Translations under genes and position numbers: made by a program
From: a virus
Lineage: Duplodnaviria; Caudoviricetes
IMG/VR virus record: IMGVR_UViG_3300025066_000012
Span: 49,520 to 113,519 of that record
Direction: 5' to 3' (one strand)
Length of the DNA: 64,000 nucleotides
The notes under the pieces: generated by a model
Database searches by the model: none
The model's input: only the letters and a program-made list of their open reading frames with translations
Told to the model about the DNA's origin: nothing
Part shown: positions 19,160 to 29,157 of the stretch, piece after piece
Numbering within the stretch: position 1 is the first letter of the stretch
How the letters are laid out: each line of letters starts with the position of its first letter

Positions 19160-20296
19160 TTATTTCTTTTCGTCAATAACAACTTTCTTTCCGTAGGGAA
19201 AATTAACTCCCTCATCCTGCTTACATACGGCCCAAAGAACCCTTGCTCGCGGCTTTGCCGGGAACGGGGCATAACCATCTGTAAAGACAGCAAGTCCGTC
19301 ATACTTCTTCTCATCAACTAGCTGAATCACAGGATGGAAACACGTACCTCCGCGACCCTTAATGGCAATCTTTGCAGTCTTCTTTGAGAAGGGCTTAGGC
19401 TTACCATAAATCTTAGTATCAAACTGAATGAAGTCAACTTCAACGTGGTCAATCATTCCGTTTAATTCTGTCGCAAAGTATTCCAGTTGCTTATTAGAAA
19501 CAGAGCCAGAGGTATCAAAAGCGACAAGCAGCTTGCTTGTATAATTGCGCTTTGTTCCGGGTGACTGAAACTCATAGCGTCGGTTAGGGCGCATACGAGT
19601 GTTCTTTCGACCCATCATTACCAGCTTGTTAATAAACCAGCGAACCTCTTTCTTCCAGTTTACCTTCGGCTTGTTTGCGGCGATAATCTGTGCAGCAATG
19701 CCACCGGGAATGTTGCCCCAACCCTTCTTTTCCTGGGCCTTAATCGCCTTCTCTGCGATACCTCTAATCTTCTCTTCGACAATATCACCATCAAAGTCGC
19801 CCCACATTGAGTGGTCGTCAACGGTATCTCCGTACTTGTCACCAAGTCCATCAAATCCGCCCTCTTTGTCGGCCTCTTTCTTTAGACTTTCATAGTACCA
19901 CTCTGCCGACTGATTATCAGGAAGCCCAAGTGTAGAGGGATAAACAGCCCCCTCTGGCAGACCCTCAATGTGACAGTTAATAGCACTGTCGGCAGCAATG
20001 TTATAGCCCTTCGCGTTATATGCGAAGTGCTTTGAGCGAGTAAGGTGGTGAAGCAGAATGTGCAGAGCCTCATGCTTTAGCACACCGCGAAGCTCAGTTG
20101 CGGTTAGCTTCTGAACAAACTCGGGGTTGTAATATAGTGCTAGGTCTACACGGCGGATAACTCCAACCGCCATTGTGGGCAGGTCCAGCCGCTCCTTCTT
20201 GTTCAGAAAGAGGAATACCTCTCCGTAAAGAGGTTGAAACGCAATCAGCTTAGAGATAGCTGAGTCGAGCTTATTTTTAACGCTAGTGTTTGCCAT
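19160..20296 (-). CDS. metallopeptidase-like + vWA protein (DUF2201-type)
   Basis: HEALH, NIAAD.AIN, DTSGS MIDAS, GRGGT.F, FTDGY. Confidence 0.88.
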   Translation of the reverse strand: MANTSVKNKLDSAISKLIAFQPLYGEVFLFLNKKERLDLPTMAVGVIRRVDLALYYNPEFVQKLTATELRGVLKHEALHILLHHLTRSKHFAYNAKGYNIAADSAINCHIEGLPEGAVYPSTLGLPDNQSAEWYYESLKKEADKEGGFDGLGDKYGDTVDDHSMWGDFDGDIVEEKIRGIAEKAIKAQEKKGWGNIPGGIAAQIIAANKPKVNWKKEVRWFINKLVMMGRKNTRMRPNRRYEFQSPGTKRNYTSKLLVAFDTSGSVSNKQLEYFATELNGMIDHVEVDFIQFDTKIYGKPKPFSKKTAKIAIKGRGGTCFHPVIQLVDEKKYDGLAVFTDGYAPFPAKPRARVLWAVCKQDEGVNFPYGKKVVIDEKK

Positions 20297-20368
20297 AATA
20301 ATACTCCAATGTATTTAAAGAGAAAGTTTAGACACCTGATAACCCTATGCCTACCTGTGGGCGCAAAA

Positions 20369-21445
20369 TTACTTTGAGAGATAAATCTGCTTTAGATGCT
20401 CTCGGAAGTCATCATCACTCTGCCAATCCATGACAATCTTCTTCGTCTTTGCTCCGGCAAGCATGGCTACCCATGCCTGAGAAGCAACATCATTCGGAAG
20501 CATCATAAAGAATGCACGAAGGTTTGCACGCTGCTTATCCTTCATCTTTGTGAGGCTTCGGCTGTTTACCTCAGCGACAACCGACCTAGACATAGCGGCG
20601 ATAACCTCAATGTCGTTGCAGGCCGACTCAACCTTTGACTTAACCTTATCGAAGGTGTCAATGATTTCTTCCGGGCGAAGATGCGAGAACTCATTGGTCA
20701 GAAACTTCTGGAAGGAAATGGCGATTTCTCGCCCCAACCAACCCTTCGTAACCTGAGTTAGCATTCCATCGTCAGTCCGACTATCTAGGTTCATGTGGAT
20801 AAGGGTGTCGCTGAACGCAACCCAACTTCTGCGAGAGGGATACACTCGGCCAGCCTCAAGGTTTCCAACCGGAGGGTCGAGAAGGTTCTGGTTGCGGTTG
20901 ACGAATTCAACAACAGCCTTATGAACCTTTTCATTTCGAGCCCAATCCATCCACTCAATAGCTGAGGGGTCAAAGTCGATGTGGAACCAGCGATCATTAA
21001 GCGCCGGGTCTAGCTCGACAACATCGTAATCATCGTCTGAGTTTACAGCAGAGACTACACGCCAACCGTCAGGCAGCTTCTCTCCGTCCAAACGACGGTC
21101 GAGACAAATCTCGAAAACAGCCTGTAGCACATCCTTTGATGCCCGGTTAAGCTCGTCAAAGAAAAGGATTCCCTTTGAATCCTGAGCGCGGGGCCACCAT
21201 TCCTGCTTAAGAAAGCGAATGATGTTCTTTGCCTCATCCTTATGGGGCATACCCTTAATGTCTCCAACCTCACACTGAGAGAGCCTTACGTCAAAAAAGC
21301 CATAAGTATCGCCAGTTTCGGCTTCTAGTTCGTATGCCACCTGTCGAACGACAGAGGACTTTCCAACACCATGCTTCGCGTGAAGCATGATGCTTTTATC
21401 ATAAGGCATATTCTTTAGAATTTCCTTGGTCTGACTAATGTTCAC
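20369..21445 (-). CDS. MoxR-like AAA+ ATPase
   Basis: HGVGKS, ILFFDELNRA, LDPALNDRW, PSRRSW. Confidence 0.9.
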   Translation of the reverse strand: MNISQTKEILKNMPYDKSIMLHAKHGVGKSSVVRQVAYELEAETGDTYGFFDVRLSQCEVGDIKGMPHKDEAKNIIRFLKQEWWPRAQDSKGILFFDELNRASKDVLQAVFEICLDRRLDGEKLPDGWRVVSAVNSDDDYDVVELDPALNDRWFHIDFDPSAIEWMDWARNEKVHKAVVEFVNRNQNLLDPPVGNLEAGRVYPSRRSWVAFSDTLIHMNLDSRTDDGMLTQVTKGWLGREIAISFQKFLTNEFSHLRPEEIIDTFDKVKSKVESACNDIEVIAAMSRSVVAEVNSRSLTKMKDKQRANLRAFFMMLPNDVASQAWVAMLAGAKTKKIVMDWQSDDDFREHLKQIYLSK

Positions 21446-21496
21446 AACGTATCTCCTAGCAGCGGTTACAGTTCGTGGAGGATTCCACCCCCCTAT

Positions 21497-21525
21497 ATAG
21501 TAGGCTCCCGAATGATATTAGAAAA
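21497..21525 (-). promoter_or_regulatory. promoter motif TTTTCT-N17-TACTAT, copy 1
   Basis: upstream of AAA gene; identical spacing in 8 copies. Confidence 0.75.
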
Positions 21526-21598
21526 ATATCAAATGCTGCTTATCTTCGTAGTAAATGGTTATTTCGAGAAACCAAGGGGACCATCCCCTCACAGCACT

Positions 21599-21627
21599 AT
21601 AGTAGGGCAATATGTTATATCAGAAAA
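21599..21627 (-). promoter_or_regulatory. promoter motif copy 2
   Basis: TTTTCTgatataacatattgcccTACTAT. Confidence 0.75.
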
Positions 21628-21630
21628 TAT

Positions 21631-21975
21631 CTATTCGCTTGTCTCTTCGGATGTTAGGCTCGATAAGTCTGGCGGAAGAATAGACTTAAGATCCGTTAAT
21701 TTTTCTCGAAAAGACTGCAAGGCCGACGTTAAGTCTGCTAGCTGTCCTTGCTCATCGTCACCGGCTTCGGACCCGGCCTCTGCTGAGTTCGTTAGTGACG
21801 ACATAACGTCCCGAATCAAACTAAAGTCAAGGGCTCCTAGTAAGCCCCCATCTTCGCCTATCATATTACTTGCAAAGTTGGTTGCCTCATCAAATCTTGC
21901 CTCTATGTTTTCAAGACGCTCATCTATTGATGATAACTTTTCTCTGACAAATGCTTCAAACGCTATACTTGACAT
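21631..21975 (-). CDS. acidic coiled-coil protein
   Basis: ORF with SD. Confidence 0.6.
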   Translation of the reverse strand: MSSIAFEAFVREKLSSIDERLENIEARFDEATNFASNMIGEDGGLLGALDFSLIRDVMSSLTNSAEAGSEAGDDEQGQLADLTSALQSFREKLTDLKSILPPDLSSLTSEETSE

Positions 21976-21988
21976 GTTTATTCCTTGT

Positions 21989-22594
21989 TTAATCAGTGTT
22001 TTTGTCTATGTACGATTCGAATCTCTTTGAGAAGGATTCTGAATCACTTCCATAGTGGGAGGCCAGACATTGCCTGTCCCACATATAATGTGCAATTTCA
22101 TGAGCCAGGGACAGATAGTTTAGCCTAGGTGATAAATCTGTCAAAAGGATAGATGAATTACCTCTAATCTCAGGGGTTGCATCATAGAAGGCATACACCC
22201 TTCCTCCCTCCCATCCAATGGATTTAAAGTAATCAGCAAATCTACTTGAAGAAGACATTTCCTTGCTGCCTATAATAAAGATGTTTAAATTAAATCCGCT
22301 TTGGCAGTCTGAACCCCGAAGCCCATCACTAAGCAAATATAAAGAATAATACGATACAATCTCTTCTAGAGCAGACTTTATGTCTACCAATGGATATGCC
22401 GTAGTTAATGCTAAATATTTGCTACTCTGAAACGATACAGTATAACTTATCATCAAATTAGCTGTACCGGCGTAATCGCTTACACTATGTGTCGTTTTTA
22501 GGTCTGCTATATATCTGGACTTATGTGGCTCGGCAAATGCCGAAGAGAATCCAAATATTATTATAGCACTAACGATCAGTAGTTTTTCTATCAT
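21989..22594 (-). CDS. exported zincin-like protein
   Basis: signal peptide (SAFA-E), LAHEIAH. Confidence 0.6.
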   Translation of the reverse strand: MIEKLLIVSAIIIFGFSSAFAEPHKSRYIADLKTTHSVSDYAGTANLMISYTVSFQSSKYLALTTAYPLVDIKSALEEIVSYYSLYLLSDGLRGSDCQSGFNLNIFIIGSKEMSSSSRFADYFKSIGWEGGRVYAFYDATPEIRGNSSILLTDLSPRLNYLSLAHEIAHYMWDRQCLASHYGSDSESFSKRFESYIDKNTD

Positions 22595-22754
22595 TCTTTC
22601 TGCCGCCCCTGCGACCTATAACCTCAACCTTAAGATTCGGATTCATTCTAATCATTTCAACATGATCAAGCGGAACTCCGACATGCTCGAAAACTACCTT
22701 TGTGTCTTTGTTGACAACTCTTATGTTTAAGTAAGTCTCTCTTTTTGATCTCAT
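22569..22754 (-). CDS. hypothetical protein
   Basis: ORF only. Confidence 0.55.
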   Translation of the reverse strand: MRSKRETYLNIRVVNKDTKVVFEHVGVPLDHVEMIRMNPNLKVEVIGRRGGRKNDRKTTDR

Positions 22755-22764
22755 CTTGTTATCC

Positions 22765-23694
22765 TTATTGGGCGTTTTGCATTAGTCTTTCGACTCGCTC
22801 CGTTAGCCAGCGATTATTAACCTGTGATACCGCTGGTAAAATCCACGGCAGATTATCTGTTGATATTGCCTCCGCAACACTCTCTAGGAGTTCTCGGTCA
22901 GGTACACTTGCAAATAAGATAATCAGCGATTCAAAATAATCCACATTTTTTGTGATATCAGCCTCCAAACCCTTATTCTGTTCATATCGAAGACTATACT
23001 TGAGGTTATTAATCTTGTCAGATAGCAAGCGCGTTACCTGCCTCTTTAAAGAGATCGGGGCAGACTTAGCAATCTTCCTAATAAGACCCTCTGACAAGGC
23101 CTCGTTTTCTGCGGCAGAAGATACAATATTGTATTTAATATCGACTCCGCCAACCTGTCTCTTGACTTTCGAGAAACAGAAGTCATAAAAGTTTGAGTCC
23201 TTAGAGTTGAGTAGTCCATGCGCCTTTAGCGTTTCAGCACATTTATCATTTCCACGAAGTTCTGCGCCTGTCAGAGCCTCTAAGTAATCATAGCCTGCAT
23301 CAACGAATGGCTGAATCCGCAGCTTCGTAGAGAGAAAATCCCAAGCATCTTCCTGTTCGGTATCTTCCTCGGAGAGGAACCAGTACAGTTTTGATATCCA
23401 CTTCATTGAAAACTCAGCAGAAAGATTCATCTTATAATAAGAACCGCTGGAGGCTGTTGCACAACTGAGTATCTGTTCCAATAGAACACTCTGTTTGTCT
23501 GGAAAATTCTTCCAGATATACTCGAATGTATCGTCATTAATAATCTTACTCGATTCGGGAGTCGAGTAATAGCCTCCCATATTTTTAAGAGCCTGACTAA
23601 CTGCGTATGCCAAGATATCCTTCTGGCTCGGACTAACAATCGGATTGCCACTATCAAAAGTATCAAGTTTAGATGGCATATTTATATTCTCCAA
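22765..23694 (-). CDS. alpha-helical protein, paralog family
   Basis: C-terminal LP.I.....W....VE..M shared with 23716 and 31336. Confidence 0.65.
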   Translation of the reverse strand: MENINMPSKLDTFDSGNPIVSPSQKDILAYAVSQALKNMGGYYSTPESSKIINDDTFEYIWKNFPDKQSVLLEQILSCATASSGSYYKMNLSAEFSMKWISKLYWFLSEEDTEQEDAWDFLSTKLRIQPFVDAGYDYLEALTGAELRGNDKCAETLKAHGLLNSKDSNFYDFCFSKVKRQVGGVDIKYNIVSSAAENEALSEGLIRKIAKSAPISLKRQVTRLLSDKINNLKYSLRYEQNKGLEADITKNVDYFESLIILFASVPDRELLESVAEAISTDNLPWILPAVSQVNNRWLTERVERLMQNAQ

Positions 23695-23715
23695 AATCTA
23701 TCGTATGAAATGTTA

Positions 23716-24462
23716 TTAAAAACTCGTAGCATGACTCATTCTTTCTTCCACAATTTTCGATACCCATCTTGACTTTAGATTTCTGTTAGCCAGGATAAGG
23801 GGCAGTGATGCAGTAGAAACCTTTGAAACCATTATTGCAAATGGCCTTTTGGCAATCTCTTTTGTTATCGCAACCTCTAAGCCCTTGTATCCAAACGGTG
23901 CCGCCATTGCCCCCATCACCCTAATGTCTGCCATTTTATCTGTTAACATTTCATCTAAACACTCGACTGCGCCGAGTCTTCCGAATACTATTTTGCGTAT
24001 CTTCATATCACCATCATTCTTTAGAGTCCGCAAAGTATCTATAGAACAATGTTGTGCCGCAAACATTCTCTCATCAGTAATCTTTGACTTTGCAAATTTA
24101 TTTACAAATGATATATCTGAATAAAACCCATTATCCAAACAGTATTTTCTGGCAGAAGGAAGCTTTGATTTCTTGATGATCTGATCACCCAACTGTGGAA
24201 ACCTGCTAATGGAAGCTCTAATAAATCGATTTACAAAAGTCCGTAAATAATAACCCTGATTATAGCTAGCATAGCCATAGCTCACATTAGAATCGGAATT
24301 TTTAATAACCTCAAATCCAGCATCTGTTAGGAGCAGCGCTTTGGCTTGGCCGAGAGTGATATTATCACAAACCTTATCACTTTTGTCTCGAAAGGCGGAC
24401 CAATCATCAGCCTCTAAAACAGCGTCAATGTTACTAAAAAATTTAAGATTCTTACTCGCCAT
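23716..24462 (-). CDS. alpha-helical repeat-like protein, paralog family
   Basis: L..D....IR units; shared C-terminus. Confidence 0.65.
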   Translation of the reverse strand: MASKNLKFFSNIDAVLEADDWSAFRDKSDKVCDNITLGQAKALLLTDAGFEVIKNSDSNVSYGYASYNQGYYLRTFVNRFIRASISRFPQLGDQIIKKSKLPSARKYCLDNGFYSDISFVNKFAKSKITDERMFAAQHCSIDTLRTLKNDGDMKIRKIVFGRLGAVECLDEMLTDKMADIRVMGAMAAPFGYKGLEVAITKEIAKRPFAIMVSKVSTASLPLILANRNLKSRWVSKIVEERMSHATSF

Positions 24463-25291
24463 CTTTGTTTCCCATTCTTAAGCTATCAATACTTTCAGTT
24501 GTAAATCCTGCTGCGTTTCTATGTCCACCGCCGCCGAATTCAAGAGCTACCTCTGACACATCTATTCCATTTTCTTTTGACCTTAAAGAGAACCTGTATC
24601 TATATCCATCGAAAAAATAAACCGCAGCGTAATCTGCGCCTTCACTTAAAATATTCCCTATCTCTGATTGAAAGCAGGAAGAGTTTACGGCAATTACTTC
24701 GTCGCCAAGGATGTTTACCTTATGAGCATTCGAAACTACTGTTTTTATAATAGAGTTCTTATACTTTAAGATATCCCTTCCGGACTCCACCATTTGATAC
24801 CAGCCACTAGAGTATATCATTCCAATCTTGTTATTTAGATTGTCCCAATTTGCAAAGGATCTATCATAGGAATCAACAACACTTAAGATTTCTTTTGAAT
24901 TTGGAATAGCCCAAGTCCACAAATCTCTGTCTTGAACGTGCTGAATCAGTGCTGGAACCGGAATATCCTTGAATAGATATTTCCACGCCAATACTGCTCC
25001 CGACTGATGCATATCAAAGTGGCAGTATTTTAAATCTGCACAAGCTTTCTCTGCCGTCTTATGGTGGTCTAAGACCACAATGCTGGCGGCATCCCTTGCT
25101 ATCTCCCTCATTATAGGCTCAGGGTAACAAAAGTCCACAATAAATACACTGCGGCCTTTGACGTTCGGAGGCTTGCAGTTGTGAAAGACCGGAACATATG
25201 TTGCTCCGCTCCCATATTTTTGATAGAATGACCATGCAGCACCAAATCCGTCTGGACAGCCCGCATGATACAGAATCATTATTTTTGCCAA
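24452..25291 (-). CDS. DHH/DHHA1 phosphoesterase
   Basis: YH..C.DG, VDF, LDHH, DRDLW, SLRS, GGGGH..AAG. Confidence 0.92.
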   Translation of the reverse strand: MAKIMILYHAGCPDGFGAAWSFYQKYGSGATYVPVFHNCKPPNVKGRSVFIVDFCYPEPIMREIARDAASIVVLDHHKTAEKACADLKYCHFDMHQSGAVLAWKYLFKDIPVPALIQHVQDRDLWTWAIPNSKEILSVVDSYDRSFANWDNLNNKIGMIYSSGWYQMVESGRDILKYKNSIIKTVVSNAHKVNILGDEVIAVNSSCFQSEIGNILSEGADYAAVYFFDGYRYRFSLRSKENGIDVSEVALEFGGGGHRNAAGFTTESIDSLRMGNKDGE

Positions 25292-26311
25292 TTAAACCTC
25301 CTTCGGAGAGTGTGAATACTTAATGCTTTTCACAAGAGGACACTCGTTTGTAATAATGAGTGTTATCGCCTTAGACATAGCATCAAAGGTTTTAAAGGTT
25401 CTAAGAGAATTCTCACTGAACATCTTAAACTTTTTAAGCTTTTTTAAAATATCACACTTGCTTATCACAAGATTCGTTGTTCCAGTAAGATTGATCGACG
25501 CTATTAACATATCCAAGTTTAGCCAATTAACTTTTCTCGGCCTACCAGTCGTTACGCCAAACTCTTCTCCCAAAGAAGCAATCTTTGAAAGCTCAGGATC
25601 TTCAAGTAAGCTAGAAGGAAATCTTGGATCTTCGCCAGACCTAGTATCATAAATCTTCGCAGCACCCCAAATGTTTTCAATCTTCTGCGGAGGAAATCCC
25701 ACAGAACATGCGGCATATGGAAGTGTGGTAGACGAAGTTACATACGGATAAAGTCCGTAATCAATATCAAGCCAAACTCCCTGAGCCCCCTCACATAATA
25801 CATTTCCACTTAATTTTTCATCCCAAATAATATCTGGAGACAAAACATCTTTAGCTAAGATTCCGGTTCTAGCAGATTTATCAGCATAGCAAGGAGCAAT
25901 ACCTTTGCTTGTTGTTCCTAGCTTTGCAGCTAGATGCCTCTTATCATAAGCGATATGCTTATCAGTTACAATGTGGCATCTTGGAGAAACCTTGACCAAG
26001 CTTGTGTCGAATCCATTATCTTCTAAATAGGATAATTCCTTCATAAAAGACTTCGGATGAAGAACACACCCAGGACCAACAACAGAGGCTATTCCATAGA
26101 ATACGCCGGATGGAACAAGGTGAGTGCTATACTTTTTATCATCAACCCAAACTGTGTGTCCTGCGTTGTTTCCTCCCGCCCACCTTACAACGAAATTATA
26201 CTTACCACTACTCGCCAAGTAGGCTGTAATCTTTCCTTTTGCTTCATCACTGGGGTTTTAACCCCAGGCTAAACCAATTACAATATCTGCAAAATTGACT
26301 AACCTGGACAT
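25292..26311 (-). CDS. purA: adenylosuccinate synthetase (short form) interrupted by a 12-nt stop-containing insert
   Basis: SD GGAGG + ATG 26311; GLAWG*NPS-DEAKGK, GGNNAGHT, HLVPSG, GTT.KGI.P.Y.DK, EGAQG..LDID.G.YPYVTSS, E.GVTTGRPR. Confidence 0.9.
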
Positions 26312-26405
26312 AAAAGCACCTCCTTTTCTTTCTTCTGCCTTGGGGTGTTAAGGTTTTTTCTACTAATTTCAAGGCAAATAGTAGAGGCCACTATTACATA
26401 CCAGA

Positions 26406-27002
26406 CTATCCGACTGGCTCGATAAAAATAACTTTTTGGATTTTTGTCGGTCGCTTAAAGAAAGAGATTCCTTCTCCATGACTTGTTAGCTGGCCGGAGA
26501 ACGAAATAGAATCTCCTTTGTCAAAGTCATGTGCCTTACTTGTTTTAAAGTAATACTTCCACCCATTCTTGTCAATGCAAATTAGGGCTGGCATTGGAAA
26601 CTCCACATTCATTTTTGGCTCCACAATCTTTTCAACAATTACTGGTCCGATTAGATTCCTGGCTCCGACAATAAGCGCGGTAGGGGGATCTAAGACCATA
26701 GCTTTCATTTGAGATTGAGCCCACTTATTAAGTGAGTTAATCCAGTTGTCTGACAATCTATAAGGATTATTGCAGATAACGTCCTGACTGGACGTTAAGA
26801 ATGAATTGCTTGGACTATTCTTTAGGCCGACTGCTAGCAGCGGAATGACCATTGGGTCGAGCTTATCTAGCTTTTCTTGACCGAGCTTATCTTGCTTCTT
26901 AGGGTCGGCTTTCGCCCTCTTCTCTCTGATCTTAGGTTTAGGATTTGACGAGGGACTACTGCCGAATATCTTAATCATAAAGCCTTCCGTACTATACTCC
27001 AC
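26406..27002 (-). CDS. hypothetical protein, possible C-terminal OB-like fold
   Basis: ORF; beta-rich C-terminus. Confidence 0.55.
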   Translation of the reverse strand: MEYSTEGFMIKIFGSSPSSNPKPKIREKRAKADPKKQDKLGQEKLDKLDPMVIPLLAVGLKNSPSNSFLTSSQDVICNNPYRLSDNWINSLNKWAQSQMKAMVLDPPTALIVGARNLIGPVIVEKIVEPKMNVEFPMPALICIDKNGWKYYFKTSKAHDFDKGDSISFSGQLTSHGEGISFFKRPTKIQKVIFIEPVG

Positions 27003-27008
27003 CCGAAT

Positions 27009-27037
27009 ATAGTACGGAAATGCATTGTTTCAGAAAA
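27009..27037 (-). promoter_or_regulatory. promoter motif copy 3
   Basis: TTTTCT-N17-TACTAT. Confidence 0.65.
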
Positions 27038-28429
27038 TTATTTAGTAGACCTTGCTCTGAGATCTCTTCGGGCCTTGTCCGCCCTATCTCTGCCGCGAGT
27101 TCTTTCCAGCGGGTTGATGCCCCGAGAAGACCTCCTTTGGCCGGCAATGCTCTGACGATACATTCTTCTCGCAGCAGCATTAGACGGTCCGGGCAGTTCC
27201 TGCCTTACCCTTCTCATCAGCTTTCTCTGCTCTATATTGGTTAGATAGCTCGTTCCATCTCTCTTTATGCTTCTTTCAGAAAGAGGCGTTAATTTATTTG
27301 GCTTACTCGGATCTGATGCATAGAATACTTCACCATCAGTCTTTCTCATATAGAGATTACCATCTGAAATAAAATCTGCGCTATTGAAAGTAGGTGTTGC
27401 TGGTGCAGCAGCCTGTGGTCTATAGAACTGTAACTTCATTTCCATCTTTGGATTCTTAGCTTTATCTGCAAGATACGCCTTATGGATATAATCTTTTTGA
27501 GCATTATTCAGATCATTATAATCCTCTATATCATTTACAGTTCTTTTAGCTGCTTTATAAAAATCATTTCTAGCAGCCAAAACCATCTCCGGATCTCCAT
27601 CAGGGAACTTCATATATGCATTATATATTGTAGCCTTTGTGGCATTAGCCGTCTGAGTCTGAGCTGGCTGAGCTGGCTGAGCTGGCTGAGCTGGAGCAAT
27701 CTGATTCAACCTAGCTAAAGCTTGAACTGGAGTTAAATCAGTTGACTGAGTAGCTGTAGTTTTTTCTTTGGTAGCGTCATTCCACGCCCTAGAAGTCTTC
27801 GGACCCCATTTCCCATCTGGATCTAATTGATTTCCATCTGAATCTTTAGCGCCAAGAGCATTTAATTTATTCTGAACATCAGTCCAATTAGCAGATCCCT
27901 GCTGCTGCTGACTCTGCGACTGCTGACTCTGCGACTGCTGACTCTGCGACTGCTGACTCTGATTGCCAACAGCGGGATTTAACCATTTCCCAGCAACTGG
28001 ATCAAAATTAGTTTTATTGATAGTTCCATCGATTATCATCAGGGCTATATGCTCCTCGGTGCCTGAAAAATCAGCTTTTGTCGCATCTATTACATCTGCT
28101 GACGACTTATCGGTTCCATAAAACAATGCCGCATAAACTTCTCCATCGTCAGTCCCCCAACCTTTGACGGCAGCGTCAAACATTGCTGTCGCGCCTGACG
28201 CAGAGCCCAAAACCTTGTAATGATCAGAGACCTTGTGATATTTCCAATAGTATTCCACCGAAGACCAAGTTACATACGGATATTTAGTTTTATTTGGATA
28301 ATTGGTTTGAGCTGGACTCAGCGAACCCATCTGTTGAGCTAAGGATAATATGTTATTCTTGAAATCTTCATACCCAGACTTGCCCAAAGCTTTTGCTAAT
28401 TTTAGTAATTCATTCTTTGCATTAACCAT
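27038..28429 (-). CDS. leader-bearing protein with peptidoglycan-binding-like domain and low-complexity linkers
   Basis: VQNKLNALG...DGKWGPKT..A; QSQQS and AQP repeats. Confidence 0.7.
   Translation of the reverse strand: MVNAKNELLKLAKALGKSGYEDFKNNILSLAQQMGSLSPAQTNYPNKTKYPYVTWSSVEYYWKYHKVSDHYKVLGSASGATAMFDAAVKGWGTDDGEVYAALFYGTDKSSADVIDATKADFSGTEEHIALMIIDGTINKTNFDPVAGKWLNPAVGNQSQQSQSQQSQSQQSQSQQQQGSANWTDVQNKLNALGAKDSDGNQLDPDGKWGPKTSRAWNDATKEKTTATQSTDLTPVQALARLNQIAPAQPAQPAQPAQTQTANATKATIYNAYMKFPDGDPEMVLAARNDFYKAAKRTVNDIEDYNDLNNAQKDYIHKAYLADKAKNPKMEMKLQFYRPQAAAPATPTFNSADFISDGNLYMRKTDGEVFYASDPSKPNKLTPLSERSIKRDGTSYLTNIEQRKLMRRVRQELPGPSNAAARRMYRQSIAGQRRSSRGINPLERTRGRDRADKARRDLRARSTK
27659..27693. 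repeat. 9-nt tandem repeat (AQP)
   Basis: ctgagctgg x ~4. Confidence 0.85.
27905..27961. repeat. 15-nt tandem repeat (QSQQS)
   Basis: ctgctgactctgcga x ~4. Confidence 0.9.
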
Positions 28430-28431
28430 TG

Positions 28432-29127
28432 TTACTCCATAGTCCTTATATCGGATATAATTTCTTTATAAACTTCTTTTTTCGCATTAGAAATTAAATT
28501 ATCCATATTAATTCTTTTTTCTAACATTATTTTCTGAGCTTTACTCAGCCCTTCTTTTACATTAATTAATATAATATTATTAGAATTGCTAAATTTTGAA
28601 AAATAAATAGATCCAGTACTTTTCTTTAGCCAAATTTTACCATTATCTGCAACATAATAATCTTTCTTTATTAAATCATAATCTTTATTATTCGACAGAG
28701 ACATTAAGAAGTCAAAGAAGTCAAAGTCTTTCGAGCTAAAATCATTATCTTTCTTTTTTCTGTCAATATTAATCGGATGCTTATCTTCTTCAACATCAAT
28801 TATAGAGGGCCCGCCAAAGCCACCCTTATGTCCTGCCTCGGCATCTTGTCCATCAATATCGTAAGAGTCTCTTTCTCGAAACCCCAAATGTCCATCGGTT
28901 GCACCGCCAGGAACATCGAGAAGTCCCAGGGCTTCTTTGTACAGAGTATTCAGCCTTTGTTTACTTGTAGATTTTTTGCCCGGTTCGCCCTCGGCCTTAT
29001 TGGTAAATATGCTTTCATCTGGACCGAACACAACTCGGTTTACATCCGGAGTCCTCTCTCGAATCACCGGGCCTCCCTCATAGTATTCTATGAGATCTAA
29101 TAAACTTAGTTCTTCGCCCTCTTCCAT
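28432..29127 (-). CDS. hypothetical protein
   Basis: C-terminal DNGKIWLKKSTGSIYF resembles SDGNLYMRKTDGEVFY in the adjacent gene. Confidence 0.6.
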   Translation of the reverse strand: MEEGEELSLLDLIEYYEGGPVIRERTPDVNRVVFGPDESIFTNKAEGEPGKKSTSKQRLNTLYKEALGLLDVPGGATDGHLGFRERDSYDIDGQDAEAGHKGGFGGPSIIDVEEDKHPINIDRKKKDNDFSSKDFDFFDFLMSLSNNKDYDLIKKDYYVADNGKIWLKKSTGSIYFSKFSNSNNIILINVKEGLSKAQKIMLEKRINMDNLISNAKKEVYKEIISDIRTME

Positions 29128-29157
29128 AACTTATGTTTACCCAATAAGGTATAGTTA

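Noticed and set aside
26216-26218. Track start of purA at 26218
   Set aside because: It would omit the essential P-loop; SD and ATG are at 26311.
25292-26311. PurZ (Z-genome) assignment
   Set aside because: The catalytic Asp of PurA (DEAKGK) is present, rather than the Ser typical of PurZ.
26378-26408. Ninth copy of the N17 promoter upstream of purA
   Set aside because: TACTAT is present but there is no TTTTCT at 17-nt spacing.
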